Below are positions 39,339 to 53,023 of a stretch of 64,000 nucleotides of DNA, piece by piece. Under the pieces are notes generated by a model. That model was not told where the DNA came from. It did not search any database and saw nothing but the letters and a program-made list of their open reading frames with translations. Position numbers and translations under genes: made by a program. The DNA is taken from positions 682,001-746,000 of the forward strand of contig NW_027191408.1 in the NCBI RefSeq assembly GCF_041146345.1, given 5' to 3'. The DNA is from Neodothiora populina. Taxonomy: Eukaryota. Positions within the stretch are counted from its first letter, which is position 1; each line of letters opens with the position of its first letter.

Positions 39339-41470
39339 TCAGTGTTGTTCTCTGTACCATACTCGGTGACAACGCCTGCAAAGTACATCCCTTTGGTTCT
39401 TCTTAGAGATGAATCGATCCTTCGGCGTGATACCACCACGCCCTTCGACATCACCGCAGTCGGAGCAAATTGGAAACTCTCCATTCTCTCTCTTTGCATT
39501 GACCTGGTTGACGAACTCTAAGTCACGTTGCTTCTCAGGTGGTCTGGGAACGCCTTGTCCGTCCATGAAAGAATTACATGCTTTGCATACGATAGCATCG
39601 TACTTCTTGCTGCGAGTGTGCTTTGCCTTTCCCAGTTGTGGCGCAGCACAGTTTTCACACACAATCTGGCCACCAGCTCGTCGGCGGGCCAGCAGCGCAC
39701 AGACCTTCAGCATCTGGTCAAGCTGTTCTGGAGTTCTCCATGTTCCATGGACGTTCAGGTGAAAAATACATGCACGGCAGAACAAATTGTCTGTATACAA
39801 TCGATGATTGCAGAGAGCGCTGTTCCTCTGCTCGAGGTCTGTGAGCGCAGAATGCTTCCGGTGACACATGTTGCATGCAGGATCATCATCCGCACGCTCT
39901 CGTGTTGCTGCGCAAGTCTCCCTCAGATTGCGCTGGCCTCGAAACTTCGCGACGGTGGCATCGTCTGGGAGGATGCCGTACTTTCGAATGTAGGCTCCAC
40001 AGGATCTGCACAGATACTTGCCATTCAGGGGATCGCCTGCATCGCACAGATTTCGGCAGCTGCCCCTTGTCGTGTCTTATCTCAAGCTGCATTGCAGCAC
40101 GGTGATGATGCTGCTGCCCCATGGTTGTGAAACCCTTGGAAGCATGGCCAGGCATTATTGAGACCTCCATTGCCTTGGGGTCGGGTCGGGAGATTGCATC
40201 TCGCCCTACACTGAGCTACCAGGTCGTATGATGCCTGGCTGGCATATCTGTGCGTGCGTCCCGGAAATTGGTTATATGTACCGAATATAACCATGAACAC
40301 AGACTCCAGAAGCAACATGTACCCAGTGGGTACCTTTTGCTCAAAGAGAGCCAGAATTCTGAATTTGCACTGAACTTCAGGCTGGGAGATTGCCTGGTAG
40401 TGCCAGCTGCCCGAGCATTCGGACGGGAGCTCATTTCCATCCATCCTGGAGATGGATAGGTGATGCCTCACTCGCTCTTGCATCGACTTGTTGGCGCTGC
40501 CAACGTAGGCATCCATGACAAAATTGTCAGGATCAGAGGCAACATCACCCACTATGGGAAAATTGCCATAAACACCTATGCGTTTTGTGCCCGAACCTTC
40601 GGGCAGACTCAAAAATTGATCTGCCGACCAAGTCTTTTGAAGAGTCAAACCCTTCACTTGGATACAAATGTTTGGTAGATAAAGCTCCATGAGCATATCC
40701 ACACTTACGGATCTGAGCAGTGACCAAAATGATCTCGTTATGGCTCGCTCCCCTCGAGTGGAATTCATGAATTCCTGAGAACCGACACTTTTTGCATGTG
40801 CTACGAGGTAGTTCAGAATCGTCCGCAAGAGCAACGCAAAGCGCTCATCGACACTTGCGGTCGACTCGAGGGTTCCATTCACCAGAAAACGACCCCTTGA
40901 ATCGACGGCAAATGATGATGTGGTTGGGGATGGAGCGTCTTCGATTTCATCACCACAGTCACTACCGACCTCGCTGCCGGACTCGTCAGATCCACGGATG
41001 ATCGAGTCATCCTGGATGCCTGACGGCAGCAGGTCGTCGTCAACATCAATCTCCGCTTCGGAGACCGACGGACTGCAGGACGCAGAGCTCTCTGCCAGTT
41101 GAACTGGTATTGAGCGCCTGCCTTTTCCGCGGACGAGCGGTACATCACTATCGTCCGACGCAGGATCCTCAACCAGACGAGCTGATGTTGGATGCTTGCG
41201 GCGGACGAGTGGCATATCGTCATTGGAGGGAGCGTCCTCCACTGGACGAGCTGGCATTGGGTCCTTGCCCTTCCAGCGAACGTCCTCGGGCGCAGAGTCC
41301 TCGACCAGACGCGCTGGCGTCGGACGTCTGCGGTTCCTACGGACCAGCGGTACATCGCTGTCCGAGGAATCGACCGCCACGGCAGTACCTGACTGCACAA
41401 CCTGAGGCTGTTGTGACGGCTCCCTTCTCTGTCTCTTGCGAGAAACTTCTTGTGAAATTTTGGAAGACAT
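39339..41470 (-). pseudogene. Disrupted GIY-YIG-like nuclease fused to an array of GATA-like C4 zinc fingers
   Basis: 462-aa ORF with IGVY...YVGSA...ERVRHH...LLESVF, then TGA at 40082 and a frame change into a reading with LCRSC, CNMC/CRAC, CENC/CKAC and CSDC/CRRC pairs. Confidence 0.65.
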
Positions 41471-44293
41471 CGCTGTGCGTGATGTCTTGGTATACTGAGA
41501 TCGTTGTTGGCTTGCTGCAGCACGTTAAAACAATTCAATATTTCACGTAAAATGATGCATACTCACCTTCGATATGCGGATCTTCGAGTATACCTTAAGA
41601 GAAGAAGAGGAAGACTCGACTTGTGGCTACGAAAAGTCTAGGTCTTGAGGAGCGGACTTGGTCAGGAGCGCCCATCGTTCCTTCCCAATGCTGGCAACAG
41701 CACAACTTCTGCCTGGACTCCCCTCCTCTTTTTCGCGTTCTCTGATTTCGACCTGATATTGAATTGGACTCGGAAGGTACGCGTGAAACATTGAACTTAA
41801 TTTTTGAGTAGGGACCTCGCATTATTGGAGGTCTACAGACCGCGTTCTCATGCTACACACTCGTATGCAGCCTCTCCCCAGGCAAGTCCCCAAGCAAATT
41901 TGTTCAGAGAGACAGTGGATAATGTAACAGACCCAATGGACTAAATACCCATATCCCCTTTCACCCAGTTGAGCGACTGTCGAAGATCGACTTCTCGCAA
42001 TAATTCTGCGCATTTGTTCTTGCATGACTCCAAGTAGAATACCATCATGTCGAGTTTGTACATGCATTCAGCGAGCGCACGTTCGTGCGTACCTGCCTAC
42101 TTGGGACAGCATGCATACCGTGGAACAGCACAGTTATTCAGCCAATGTCAAATTAATGCTGGACAACTACAAAGGCATGTTCATGGCAAGTAGAGAACGA
42201 TGTTTTACTTGCTGGATTCTGGGCTCAGCAAACGCGAAGTTCATTACTGACGATCATATTATGCCTCCAAGTTTCGACCAGACGCTTGATGAGAGAGTAA
42301 GTTCGAAATTTGGTAATTATCTTGCTGAAAATATGTAATTGTCGAGGCATGAGTGCCTAATGTACACAGAATAATTCCTTAGTGATGGGCCAAGAAGAGC
42401 CCTGTACATATGACACATGGCCTTCATAGATACAAGACCAATGTTTCCATAGAAATTGGTTCGTTTCCCCTGAAACCGAAGATGAGATGCTACAGCAGAC
42501 ACAGCAACAACTCGGACACTTATAAAGGAATGTTTGTGTGCAAAGTGATTGCCCTGGGCTAAGAACTCACTAGACTCATGTTGGGAAGTCAATACTCAAG
42601 AGTCCTCTTTCTCTTCAGCCAGTGGGACATCAAATTTCGATTACCTGGTGTAATGACGAATGTGAGGAAGCCTACGAAGACGCGGTTTTTTTTATAGCCT
42701 GTCTAAAGCTACCGTGATAGTCGAGGCTTCTGGCCCGATGAGTCACGCTCCGAGCGAGACTCACTTTAGGATGTTCACTGAACTACAGGGATACATAACG
42801 ACCGATCGGATTGTAATTATAGGTGAAGAGGTGACTCTTACTGATACCATACTTGACTGTGAGTAACACACGATGATGATCGAAAGAGCGCGGTATCAAC
42901 CCTCGTTCAAGCACTGGATATGACACTGTAAAGTGCCTGCGAGGATAGTACTACGCGTGCGATTCCTGAGAACAACGCATTTTACTGCGTCTTTACCCTC
43001 TACTCTCCCCTTGACCTCTTTTGTATATAGCGGTGTAGAGCATCTCGGTGAGATAAGAGACAGAGGTCCTGAGCTACCAGCATCGACATGCTGATGTCAA
43101 CCAGAACCAATTCGAGGAACGGCGTTTGGTTGGGGCCTCTCTGTGGTCTCTGTTCTGGTGCAGTAGACCCTGGGCGCTTAAACTCCGAAGAATGTATCTC
43201 GGAAGGGGGATTGAGTTTGATACCAGCGAACCTTTTCAGACAAGAAGAGAGAAGATATACCGGCTTCCTTCACTGTTTGTAAGACAATACTCGGCGCTCG
43301 TTTAGGGCCATCACTCACGTGAAACGGTCATTACAAGATGCCTGAGCTGAGTTTCCATCACCTAACGTGTACTGCCCTTCGCACTAGAGTCTGATTCGAG
43401 ATTCTGGAAAAATAACGAAGTTCTGAATCGACCTGTCTGGAGTGGACGTTTGCGAGCGTCTGACGGATCGTTTCACATTTGGAACCACGTGAACTAGTCG
43501 AGTGCTGATTGTCTGATATCGGGATCATCAATTTGAGGATGCATATTTCCTTCTGTAAAAAAGATGGAACCGTGGCAGAATTGGACCTGGATACTAGTGT
43601 CTACAGTTAGAACTGCTTAGTTCAAAGTACAGAGGCGATGATAGGTGGACGTCCCTGGATACGTGGATCGACCTACAAATCAGCTGCATATTAGAAACAG
43701 CTTGAGATTTTGGTGAACGCAGACTAAAGGCTCGGCCATTACGCTCGGGAGCCTTGACGAATGCTCAGTGAGGTGAAGATAGAAATTTCTTGCTGTCTCG
43801 GAAGCGAAATCCAATTGACTATAATTGGCCCATCGGAACTAGGATTGTGGCATTCTTTATGGAGTGTGCAGAACTACAACAGACGTGTGATCATAGGCCT
43901 TGTATTTACAGCTATAGCTATTAGTAAAGTACGCCGGCTGGCGTCAACACAAGATACAAGTACCTAGGAACGTTTTACGGTTCGTGAACCCTGGAACTAC
44001 CTAGCCAAGACCTTACAAAGTTGTGGAAGATTTTCCGCTTATCTAATCTCAAGATCTCCCGCATCTCGTTAGGCTAGTCGGCCAACATGGTATACCAACT
44101 CCCTATACCGATACATGTAGCAGGACCATGGTGTCAAGCTGGTAATATATCACAGGCAGGTATTCAAGGCTCTGCTGCTCAGATATAATAAAGAGAATAC
44201 TTTGAAATTCATTCCGCTTTTCGAAAACTAGCATCTATCATAATCGAGGCATCGTCTACCGGTGCCTATTAACGCCTACTTGGTACCCATGGG

Positions 44294-47200
44294 TTACTCC
44301 TCGTCAGAGAACACCTCTTCTCCCGCCTTGCGTCTATTGATACGATCCTTGCGCTTTTTCCTGAGCTCAGCAGAGGTAAGCTTAGCCTTCTTCTTGGTGC
44401 CCTCGATCTTGTTGCCCATGGCGTCGAACTTCTCCTCCTCCTCGCCCTTCTCAGTGAGACGAGGACCAGCGCCCTGGCCCTGCACCCAGTTGTGACCGGA
44501 AGGAGTCATGCGACCGTTCTGGACAGCCCAGACTTCCTCGGTAAGGTGCTTGGTGAACTCGGCGTTGTGAGTAATGATGATAACGCCACCCTCGAAGGAC
44601 TTAATGGCCTTGGAAAGAGCACCAAGGGAGTCACGGTCGAGGTAGTTGGTGGGCTCGTCGAGGACGATCAAGTGAGGACGCTGCCACGAGCAAGCGGCAA
44701 GGACGACCTTGACACGTTGACCACCGGAGAGACCACGCATGCGGGAGTGGGAAACGAGCTCAGCATCGAGACCGAATTGCTCGCAGTGCTCCTCAATCTC
44801 CTTACGGACAAGAGGACGGAACTGTCCAGAGGCGAGAGCCTCCTTCTGATCAACCTCAGCAACAAGCTTCTGGTGAGATTGCATGATCTCGCTACGGGGA
44901 ATCCAGGCGTTGTCCGCGGTCATCATGGGAGTCCATCTCTCGTTCTTCATGCCGACGTTCTCACCGAGAGCGAACGAACACTCGTACTCGTAAGAGTTCT
45001 TGAACTTTCTGCGGGAGTGGATACCAATGACACGACGTTCGGTGCCCTCGATCTTGTAGATCTTGTCCATAGCCTTCTCGTCGTCCTCAGTGACGATCTT
45101 GTTGGCACGATCCATGGTCTCACGATCCTCACCAGTCTGGAAACGCCACTGGATATACTCGGAAGGAGTGGAGTCGAGGTGGTGATCGATGTGAGCGAAA
45201 GCGTGTTGCTTGATGTAGGCAATGCGGATGTTCTCGTGCTGGTAGACATCACCAGACGTGGGGATAAGCTCACCAGTGAGGACGTTGACGAGAGTAGACT
45301 TGCCAGCACCGTTAGGACCGATGACGGCAATACGGGAGCCGAGAGAGCACTGGAAGGTAACATCCTGGATCTGGGGCTTGGGAGTACCAGGGTACTGGAA
45401 GGTCATGTTGGAGACACGAACGATGGCCTTGGCCTTGGTCTTGACACCCTCAAGGAAACCGGGCTCAGGGAATCTGAACTCCATCTCGGAGGCACCAAGC
45501 TCGTAGTAAGACTTAGCAGATGGGACGCGCTTGACGAACTCGGAGAGCTTTCCTCGGTAACGCTTGAGCTTGAAGCGCTCGTAGTGGATGACGTGCTGGA
45601 TAACGTTGTCCAAGAATCTGGAGTCGTGAGAGATGATGATGGATGTGCAAGGGGAGGTGGTGAGGTAATTCTCGAGCCATGCAACGTTCTTGACGTCCAA
45701 ATGGTTAGTGGGCTCGTCGAGGAGAAGAATGTCGGGCTCCTCGAAAACGGCACGGGCAAGAGCCAACTTCATCTTCCAGCCACCGGAGAGGGAGGTGATG
45801 CCACCGTCGAGCTGGTCAGCGGCGAAACCGAAGTCGATGAGGGTCTTGCGGACCTCATCCTCAGATGTGTTGATGCCGACCTGCTGGAGTTTCATCATGG
45901 TCCAGCCGATGACAGTCTGCTCAGTGTCGGCAGAGTCCAAATCGTGCTCGACGTAGACGGTCTTGACCTCGTTTTGCTTGGGGAAACCCTCGACCTGCTC
46001 GTTGTTGATGGCGCGCATGAGGGTGGTCTTTCCGGAACCGTTGGGTCCGAGGAGACCGTAACGCTGACCACGCTTCAGACGAAGATGGGTCTGGTTCAGG
46101 AGAATCTTAGCACCGTAGGCCAAGTTGAATGTGCAGTTGCAGAGATCCTCGCCCTCCTCCTCATCGGGCTCGGTCTCGTTCTCGGCAGCAGCACCAGGAG
46201 AAGCGCGCTTGCGGAGAGTCTCGGCGGTGGCGGCAGCCTCATCGCCAACAAGGATGGTGAGGAAGGGCATGGTGTTGATAGCCCAGGAAGTGGCGTCAGT
46301 GTCCTTCTCGTCAACAAGCTGACCACCGATGGCACCAACGTAGTTGACGATGGTGTCGAGCTTCTCAGCCTTATCACCGATGATGGATTTCAGGACACCA
46401 GCAACAGTGGCGACGTCACTGTCCTTGGAGATCTCAGGAGCCTTGCCGTCAACGACGTGACCGACACGGCGGAGAGTCTCGAGGGCCTGTGTGGTCTTGC
46501 CACGGGCCTCGGGGTCAGCGAGGTTGCCCTCGTTGTGGAGAAGAGCGGGCATAAGCTTGGGCAAGAAAGAGGCAACAATCTGGGGGTCCTCGACAAGCTT
46601 GCACATGTTGTCAATAATGACAGCGGCCTTTCTCTTGATGGCGGTCTCACGCTCGTTAAGACCACGCTCGAGAAGGGGAACCATAATGGCAAGAGTAGGC
46701 TCGTGGACGTCAGTGACGAAAGTGGTGGCACCGAGCAAGTGAATGGTCTCGGGGACTTTCTCAGGCTTGGAGATACACTTGATCAGCTCAGGAATGAAAC
46801 GCTCAATATCCTTGTTGACAATGAGACCACAGATCTTCTCCATGGTGCCGTAAGCCTTCTTCTTGACATCAGCCTTGGTGTCCCACATGGCCTCGGAGAC
46901 GATGGGGATCAGCTCAGGGACACGGTAAGCGGTCTGAGCCGGGGAGGTCTCGGCGAGAAGCTCGATGCACTCAAGATCGCACATCTTCTCGGGCCACTTC
47001 TGGGCCTCACGGATGGAGTGAATGTAGTGAGGGATGAGTGCCTTGACGGCGTTGGCGTTGGCGGCGCGGGTGATGGCAAGAGCGGCAGCAGAGGCGGCGT
47101 TCTTCACGGGGACCATCTTGTCACCGACAGCGGCGAGCACCTTGGGAAGGAGCTCCACAAGGTAAGGCTCAACTGCAGGGTTGACCTGGTTGTGGGAGGC

Positions 47201-47505
47201 GATAGCCTTGATGGCATCGCAGGCACGCTCTCTGGCGAGAGCATCCTTCTTGTTGGAGAGCTGCTTCACGAGAGTCTCGACGGCCCTGAAAAATCATGTA
47301 TTAGCCGCAATTCTCTATTTATTCATCGTCTTGTTCATGGTTATACTCACTTGGTGGGCGCATCCTTCTCCTCGATGTCTCCGTTAATGAAGATAGCGAT
47401 CTCCTGGGAGGCACCGTTGATTTGGTCCTGCTCCTTGGAGATGTTGAGCTTGGCCAGGAGCTCGTCGAGCACCTTGATGCTCTGCTTGTTCTCAGTCTTA
47501 GACAT
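44294..47505 (-). CDS. YEF3: Translation elongation factor 3; 2 exons
   Basis: HEAT N-terminus, two ABC cassettes ([27 protein letters not shown]), chromodomain-like insert, strong codon bias. Intron 47350-47286. Confidence 0.97.
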
Positions 47506-48346
47506 GTTGTCGGCTGCAGCAGATGCTCAAAAGACGAAAGTGGGAGACTGGTTCTGTTATATGGCAGGTTTTTTTCGTGGCGAAATGTGGGGCCCACTCT
47601 TCGGCCAAGGGGTCCGCAGTCCTTAGCGGCTCAATTACTCGCGCCTTATGAAAACCACTCCTTCTGGCCACGGTAAATGCTAATACAATCGGAAAATTCA
47701 CTGCAAAATTCGAGAAAGTGCTGGAAAGTGATGAAGCAACTCAAAAAGAAGAGAATGTGATGAGAAATGGATGGGTATGGTCTCTTCGGTAGGTCGCTGA
47801 CTTTTATCTCACTCTGCCACCCAAAACGTCTCGAAAAACTCTTCTCCCCAGAGTGCGGCCAAACGAGATATGGTTGGACTAAGCGCGTCTCAACCGGATC
47901 CAGGCGAATCAGATTCATCCTCGTATGCTGCTGGCAGTGCACCACAACGACCCTACACGCAAAACCATTTCGCCCCAATGACTGTTGCCGAGGCGGATTC
48001 CATACTCTCAGGCGGCCGTCTTACATTGTCGTCCCCTTCGGAACCGCAGGTCATTCTTTCGCCACGCGTGCTGATAGGTCAGTACAGCCAACGCAGGGTT
48101 TCACTAAGGGTGAAGCATTCTCTAGCCTCTGGTCTAGAAACTCCGTTTCTTTCTTCCTTTGACTTTCTCCATACGCTGGGCTGCTGTGGCTACACGGGTA
48201 CAGTCGATCCGTCACCGCTTCTATTCTTCCACTCTGCCGTTGATGAGCAGTGGTCAATAAGAACACCCTCGGCAATAATTGAACAACAGCTACAACCACT
48301 GTTAGTTCTGCTTTTCATCGTTTGATCTGCTTTCGATAAGTCAGAG

Positions 48347-49691
48347 ATGGCTCAAACTCGTGAATATGAGGTAGACTTCTGCACACTTGGCATGTTCATC
48401 ATCGGTAGGTAGGTCTTTCGATTCGCTGCGTGCTATGTACATTGATAGCTCGGAGAAGACTCGAAACATCACTGTGACCAGAGCTGCACGTGGATCATGA
48501 TTTCTTGTATTGCCTAAACATTTCTTATACCGTGGCATCGACTGGCGTCACTTGCTGCTAGGTCTATCAGATCCACAGGTCTATCGGCCATTCCTTTTCA
48601 AATCGTCAAATACGAAAAAAGAAGAAATATGTTGTTTCATACGCTCAATGTCGTTTTCTGACCAATTGTAATCAAATACAGATGATATTTACCCATCTCC
48701 ATCGGAAGCAGACCAAACACCCCGCCTGAATGTCATTGGTGGTGCAGGAACATATAGCGCCATCGGTGCACGAGTCCTATCGCCACCACCATTGTCTTCC
48801 CGAGTAGGTTGGATCGTAGACTGCGGCACCGATTTCCCAGACTCCATACGCACCGAGATTGCCAAATGGGACACTGGAGTTCTAATGCGGCAACGTGATG
48901 GATTAACGACCAAAGGCTGGAATGGATATGGCGCGAACGAGCATCGTGCTTTTAAGTATCTGACGCCAAAGTTGCGACTCACACACCTTGACCCGTCTCC
49001 GGAACTGCTGAGCGCAAAGTCATTCCATCTGATTTGCTCAGCTTCGAGAAGTATCGAGCTTGTCGAGGGGGTGTTGGAGAGAAGGGGATCTGCGCTAGGA
49101 CAAGGCTTACCCCGACCTCTGTTCATCTGGGAACCCGTGCCAGATCTCTGCGTTCCTTCAGAGTTAAACAACACTATCGAAGCACTAAAATATATCGATG
49201 TTATCAGCCCGAACCACGCAGAACTAGCATCTCTATTCGCGGCGGATGCGAACGCCGCTGACGGCCACGTTGACAAAGCAGTCGTCGAGGAATGCAGCAA
49301 GAGACTACTCGAGGGCATCACCAGAAGCGACGGCAACAATGCGCCTGCACATAAACTTGCCGTTGTCGTTCGCTCAGGGAGAGACGGCTGCTACGTCCGA
49401 ACCTCCGGGAACGCAATATGGTTTCCCGCTTTCCACACAGACTCGAGCAAAGTGATAGATCCCACGGGAGGCGGGAACGGCTTCTTGGGCGGTCTGGCCG
49501 TCGGTCTTGTCAGGAGCGGGGGCGATGTATACACTGCTGCTCTGTGGGGTAACGTCGCGGCCAGTCTCGCTATAGAGCAGGTCGGCGTGCCAGTGCTGGG
49601 ACCAGGAGCAGCAGACGGCAAAGAGACGTGGAATGGGGTTGTGGCTGAAGAGAGACTGCGTGAGATGGAGGCGCGTTGTCACTTTTCCTGA
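48347..49691 (+). CDS. MAK32: pfkB/ribokinase-family protein, Mak32-like; 2 exons
   Basis: DFCTLGMFIIDDI..VIGGAGTY across intron 48405-48681. FIWEPVP, SPNHAEL and IDPTGGGNGFLGG motifs. Confidence 0.85.
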
Positions 49692-50056
49692 ATATGAACG
49701 ATACACTGTTTAGAGCTTGTTCTGTCAGACATAGAGTAAGAAACATGATACCACAGGAATCAGACACTTATGTCCCCATAGATGATTTTAGTTTCCCTGC
49801 CCCAATAGACGACGGTTTCCTCCTCTTGCATACTAGCGTTGCGTGCGAGATTGAGGAAACCATTCTCCCCGCTCGTCAGATCCACTGCACATGCTGAGAG
49901 TGGGATAATCACACTGTAGAATCATCGACTCCTCATTACTGCATGCTGGTAATGATCTGAATAAGAAGGATAATTCGTATCTTTGTTCCTTCGAACCACT
50001 CGATTTCATGAATCTTGGAAAAAAAAAAACGCCTACTGATAAGACCAGATGATATC

Positions 50057-52374
50057 TCAAATCTCGAGCGTCTTGACTTCACCAGTCGTGCTCAGAGGTT
50101 GCACAGCACCGCCATCCGTGCCATCTCCAGGTTGCAATTGCAGTCGTCCTTCATCACCACCCTCGACAGCACCATCATCGTTCTCTTCGCCATTTTTACT
50201 GCCACTAGCGGCGCCGGGAGCGGGCAGGGTGACGCCCAATCGACGGAACTTCTCTTCCGTTTCCCGGACCCGCTTTTTGAACGCCAATCGATCAAGGAAG
50301 AGTCTCTGCCTCTGTCTTTCAAGTTCGCGTCGCTCAGCCTGTAGCAACGTCTCCATCTCGGTGAACTGCTGGAGCTTCATCTCTAATTTCTGCATCTGGA
50401 GATTCGTGCTCGCGGAGATGAGCGAGGTGATGTGTCGCTCGGTATGAGACGCCAGTGCCGCAGAGCGAGCGGCTGTGAGGGAGAGCGCAACGGTCGCAGG
50501 TGATGAGGCATTGGTGTTCTGGGTTGTCTTCGCGACTGTCGTGCTTGTCGCGGGCTTGTCGACGTCCATGCTGTTCTCGTCTTTGACGGCATCTGAGCCT
50601 TCAGAAGTCGCGGGTTTGTCACCTTGCGTGGCTTCTGCTGACGCTTCTTGGGGTTTCTCGGTCGACTCTTTCTCGAGTCTGTCTCGGATGTGCTGCTTCA
50701 TCTCGTTGACAGTCTTTCCTGCCGCTGTTGCGGCGACGGAAGGATCGGCGAGACCAGCTAGAAATGCCATGACGCTCATGACTGGATTGTCCGCTTGTGA
50801 GAATGGAATGCGTCCGCTGCCAAGGTAGGCAAGGTTGTCTTTGACTCCGTCAACCTCTTCGCCCTCAAGATACTTGTCTTCGATTTCCAGCTGCAAAAAC
50901 TTGAGGACACACTCCTCGCGCGTACGACTGCCGACGTGGTTGGCGACGGAATCCCAGTTCTCGTCGTACAACTCCAGACCCTCGAGCAACAAAAGAAGTT
51001 CACTGTCGGACCAGGGTGCTTCTCGGTCGGCAATGCTGGTGTACTTTTCGTTCTCGAGTTTGGTGTAGTCCGCCGGTCCACTAGAATTGGGATAACGTCC
51101 TTCCATGAAACACGAGGGACAGAGATCAAACTTGACCATGGCACCGGTCTTTCCGGGAGCGGATGCCGGAGGTGCTTTGCTGTTGTGATAGCGCACACGA
51201 GTGCAGTCTTTGCCGCATGCGTAGCAGAAGTGCTGTTTTCCTTCTTGCTTGAGTGCCTCGACAAGGTTATCTTCGGCTGCTCCATTGGCTTCGCCGTTGG
51301 CACCTTCCTCCTCCTTTCCAGGTGTCACATCTTTGCCGGTAGAGTCATAGATGTTCCGTCGGATCTTGAGATTGAGGTCGGCTTGGGATGCAGGACCCTG
51401 GCTGGCCAGGCGATCGGTAGGAGCATATGCACGTCCAGGCGCAACGATGTGGTTAGGAGCGGGCTGGTGGGGTTGAAGGCCGCGGGGCGTATCCGCAGTA
51501 ATCTTGAAGTGGCCAGTGAATGGAGGAGCAATGTTTGAAGGCCTGGTGTCAGGATCGATCTGTGCAGCATGTCAGTAGGCACGCTCTGCTGTGAGGAGAC
51601 GGACAAGGTTGTACCTGATAGTTGATCAGTCCCCACTGCTCGAGGAACGCATGGACGCGCATGATAGCGCAGACATCACCAGCGAGGTTTCTCCTGCACG
51701 CAGTGACGGTCAGGTATTCGGCAGGGTTCAGTCGGTAGGTGTTGATCATGAAGTCGCGGTAGTCTTTGTAAACTGCCGGAGTCTTGCTACGGTTGCGCGT
51801 ATTGAAGAATTCAGGCAGAGCTTTTCGCTCAAGATTGTGGACCTGGTGCATATCGAACCAAGAGCTATAGCTGGGAAGGATGATGGCATGGGCCTGTTCA
51901 ATGAGATGGGCGCGTGCTGTCGATTCGACATTAGCCTTGGTCTGGGCAGGTTGCGCTTCCAAGGTATCTTCGACTGCCTCAGGGGCATCGTTGTCCGCGT
52001 TCGCTTCTTCCTTCTTGGTTCCATCAGTCGTGTCGGCCATGTCCTCGTCCTCGGCCTCGAGCTGGTCATTGTCTGGTTGTGGCGCGTCTGGGGCATCAAG
52101 AGGATTATCTGATGCTGCTCCAGGCGCTGGCTCTGCTTGATCTTGCGACTTGTCGGCATCTACCGATGTGCTGTCTTCCGCCATTGACGTATCCTGGTCT
52201 GTAGAGATTGATTGTTAGATATGGGGTTGTGTACAAGCGCAGGCGACTGGATGATTATTGTATACCATTTGCTTCAGTCTGGGCTTTCTCTACGGCTTCA
52301 TTCTCGGCGTGGATCAGCTCGTCAGACACGGCACCGGGCGCGTGCTCAGTATCTTCACTGGCGAGAGGATCCAT
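50057..52374 (-). CDS. RSC8: SWI/SNF-RSC subunit Rsc8/Swi3/Ssr2 (SWIRM, ZZ, SANT, coiled coil); 3 exons
   Basis: [61 protein letters not shown]. Introns ~52265-52199 and 51614-51560. Confidence 0.92.
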
Positions 52375-53023
52375 GGTAGCGATGCGCAGCTGATGGAGCT
52401 GGACAGGAATCTCCGAGATGGATCGTGATGGAAGTGAAGGTAAGCTGGGGCTTGATTGACCCGCGACGCGATCCTGAGAAGGCGCGGGTTCAGGATATGG
52501 TCAAGTGTTCTATTGGTATGACCGGATTGGTTGAGAATGCGCGAGTCTGGATAGAGTAACAAATTGAGTGATGGAGATGGTCGTGAACAGTAATCAATCC
52601 TGGCGCAAAGTCGATGGGGGCCAGGGAGAGAGAGATGAATTGTGAATATACCGTACCTTCCTACACCTCGCTCGTTCCTTCCCGTTCTTGCTGGCTTCTG
52701 GCTTTTAGCTTCACTTCACGCGTCTGAACAAAAGGCTTGGCCTGTCGTTGATTGTCTTGGCAACACTATCAGATCTGTTCGAGCATGTACGGAGTGGAAC
52801 CGACAATCTGCCAGGCCTCGGCGATATCGGGAGAGTTTCTTGTATCTTATGATGCTGATACTTGTAGAGGGAAGTCGCAGTTGTAGCACTGGTGTAGCAC
52901 ATCTTCAAGCGGGGAAATAACTGCTAGCAAAGAGACAATCATTAATCGAAGCCAATCCCTCTTCCTCTCTTCCTTTTTCCTCCACGCTCAGCATCCACCA
53001 TATTCCACAGCTACATCGTCAAC

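Noticed and set aside
44492..47626. 1044-aa plus-strand ORF antisense to EF-3
   Set aside because: Codon-register shadow of a highly biased gene. It has no domain and spans almost exactly the EF-3 CDS.
48405..48681. Long MAK32 intron as a snoRNA host
   Set aside because: No clear C/D or H/ACA box arrangement.
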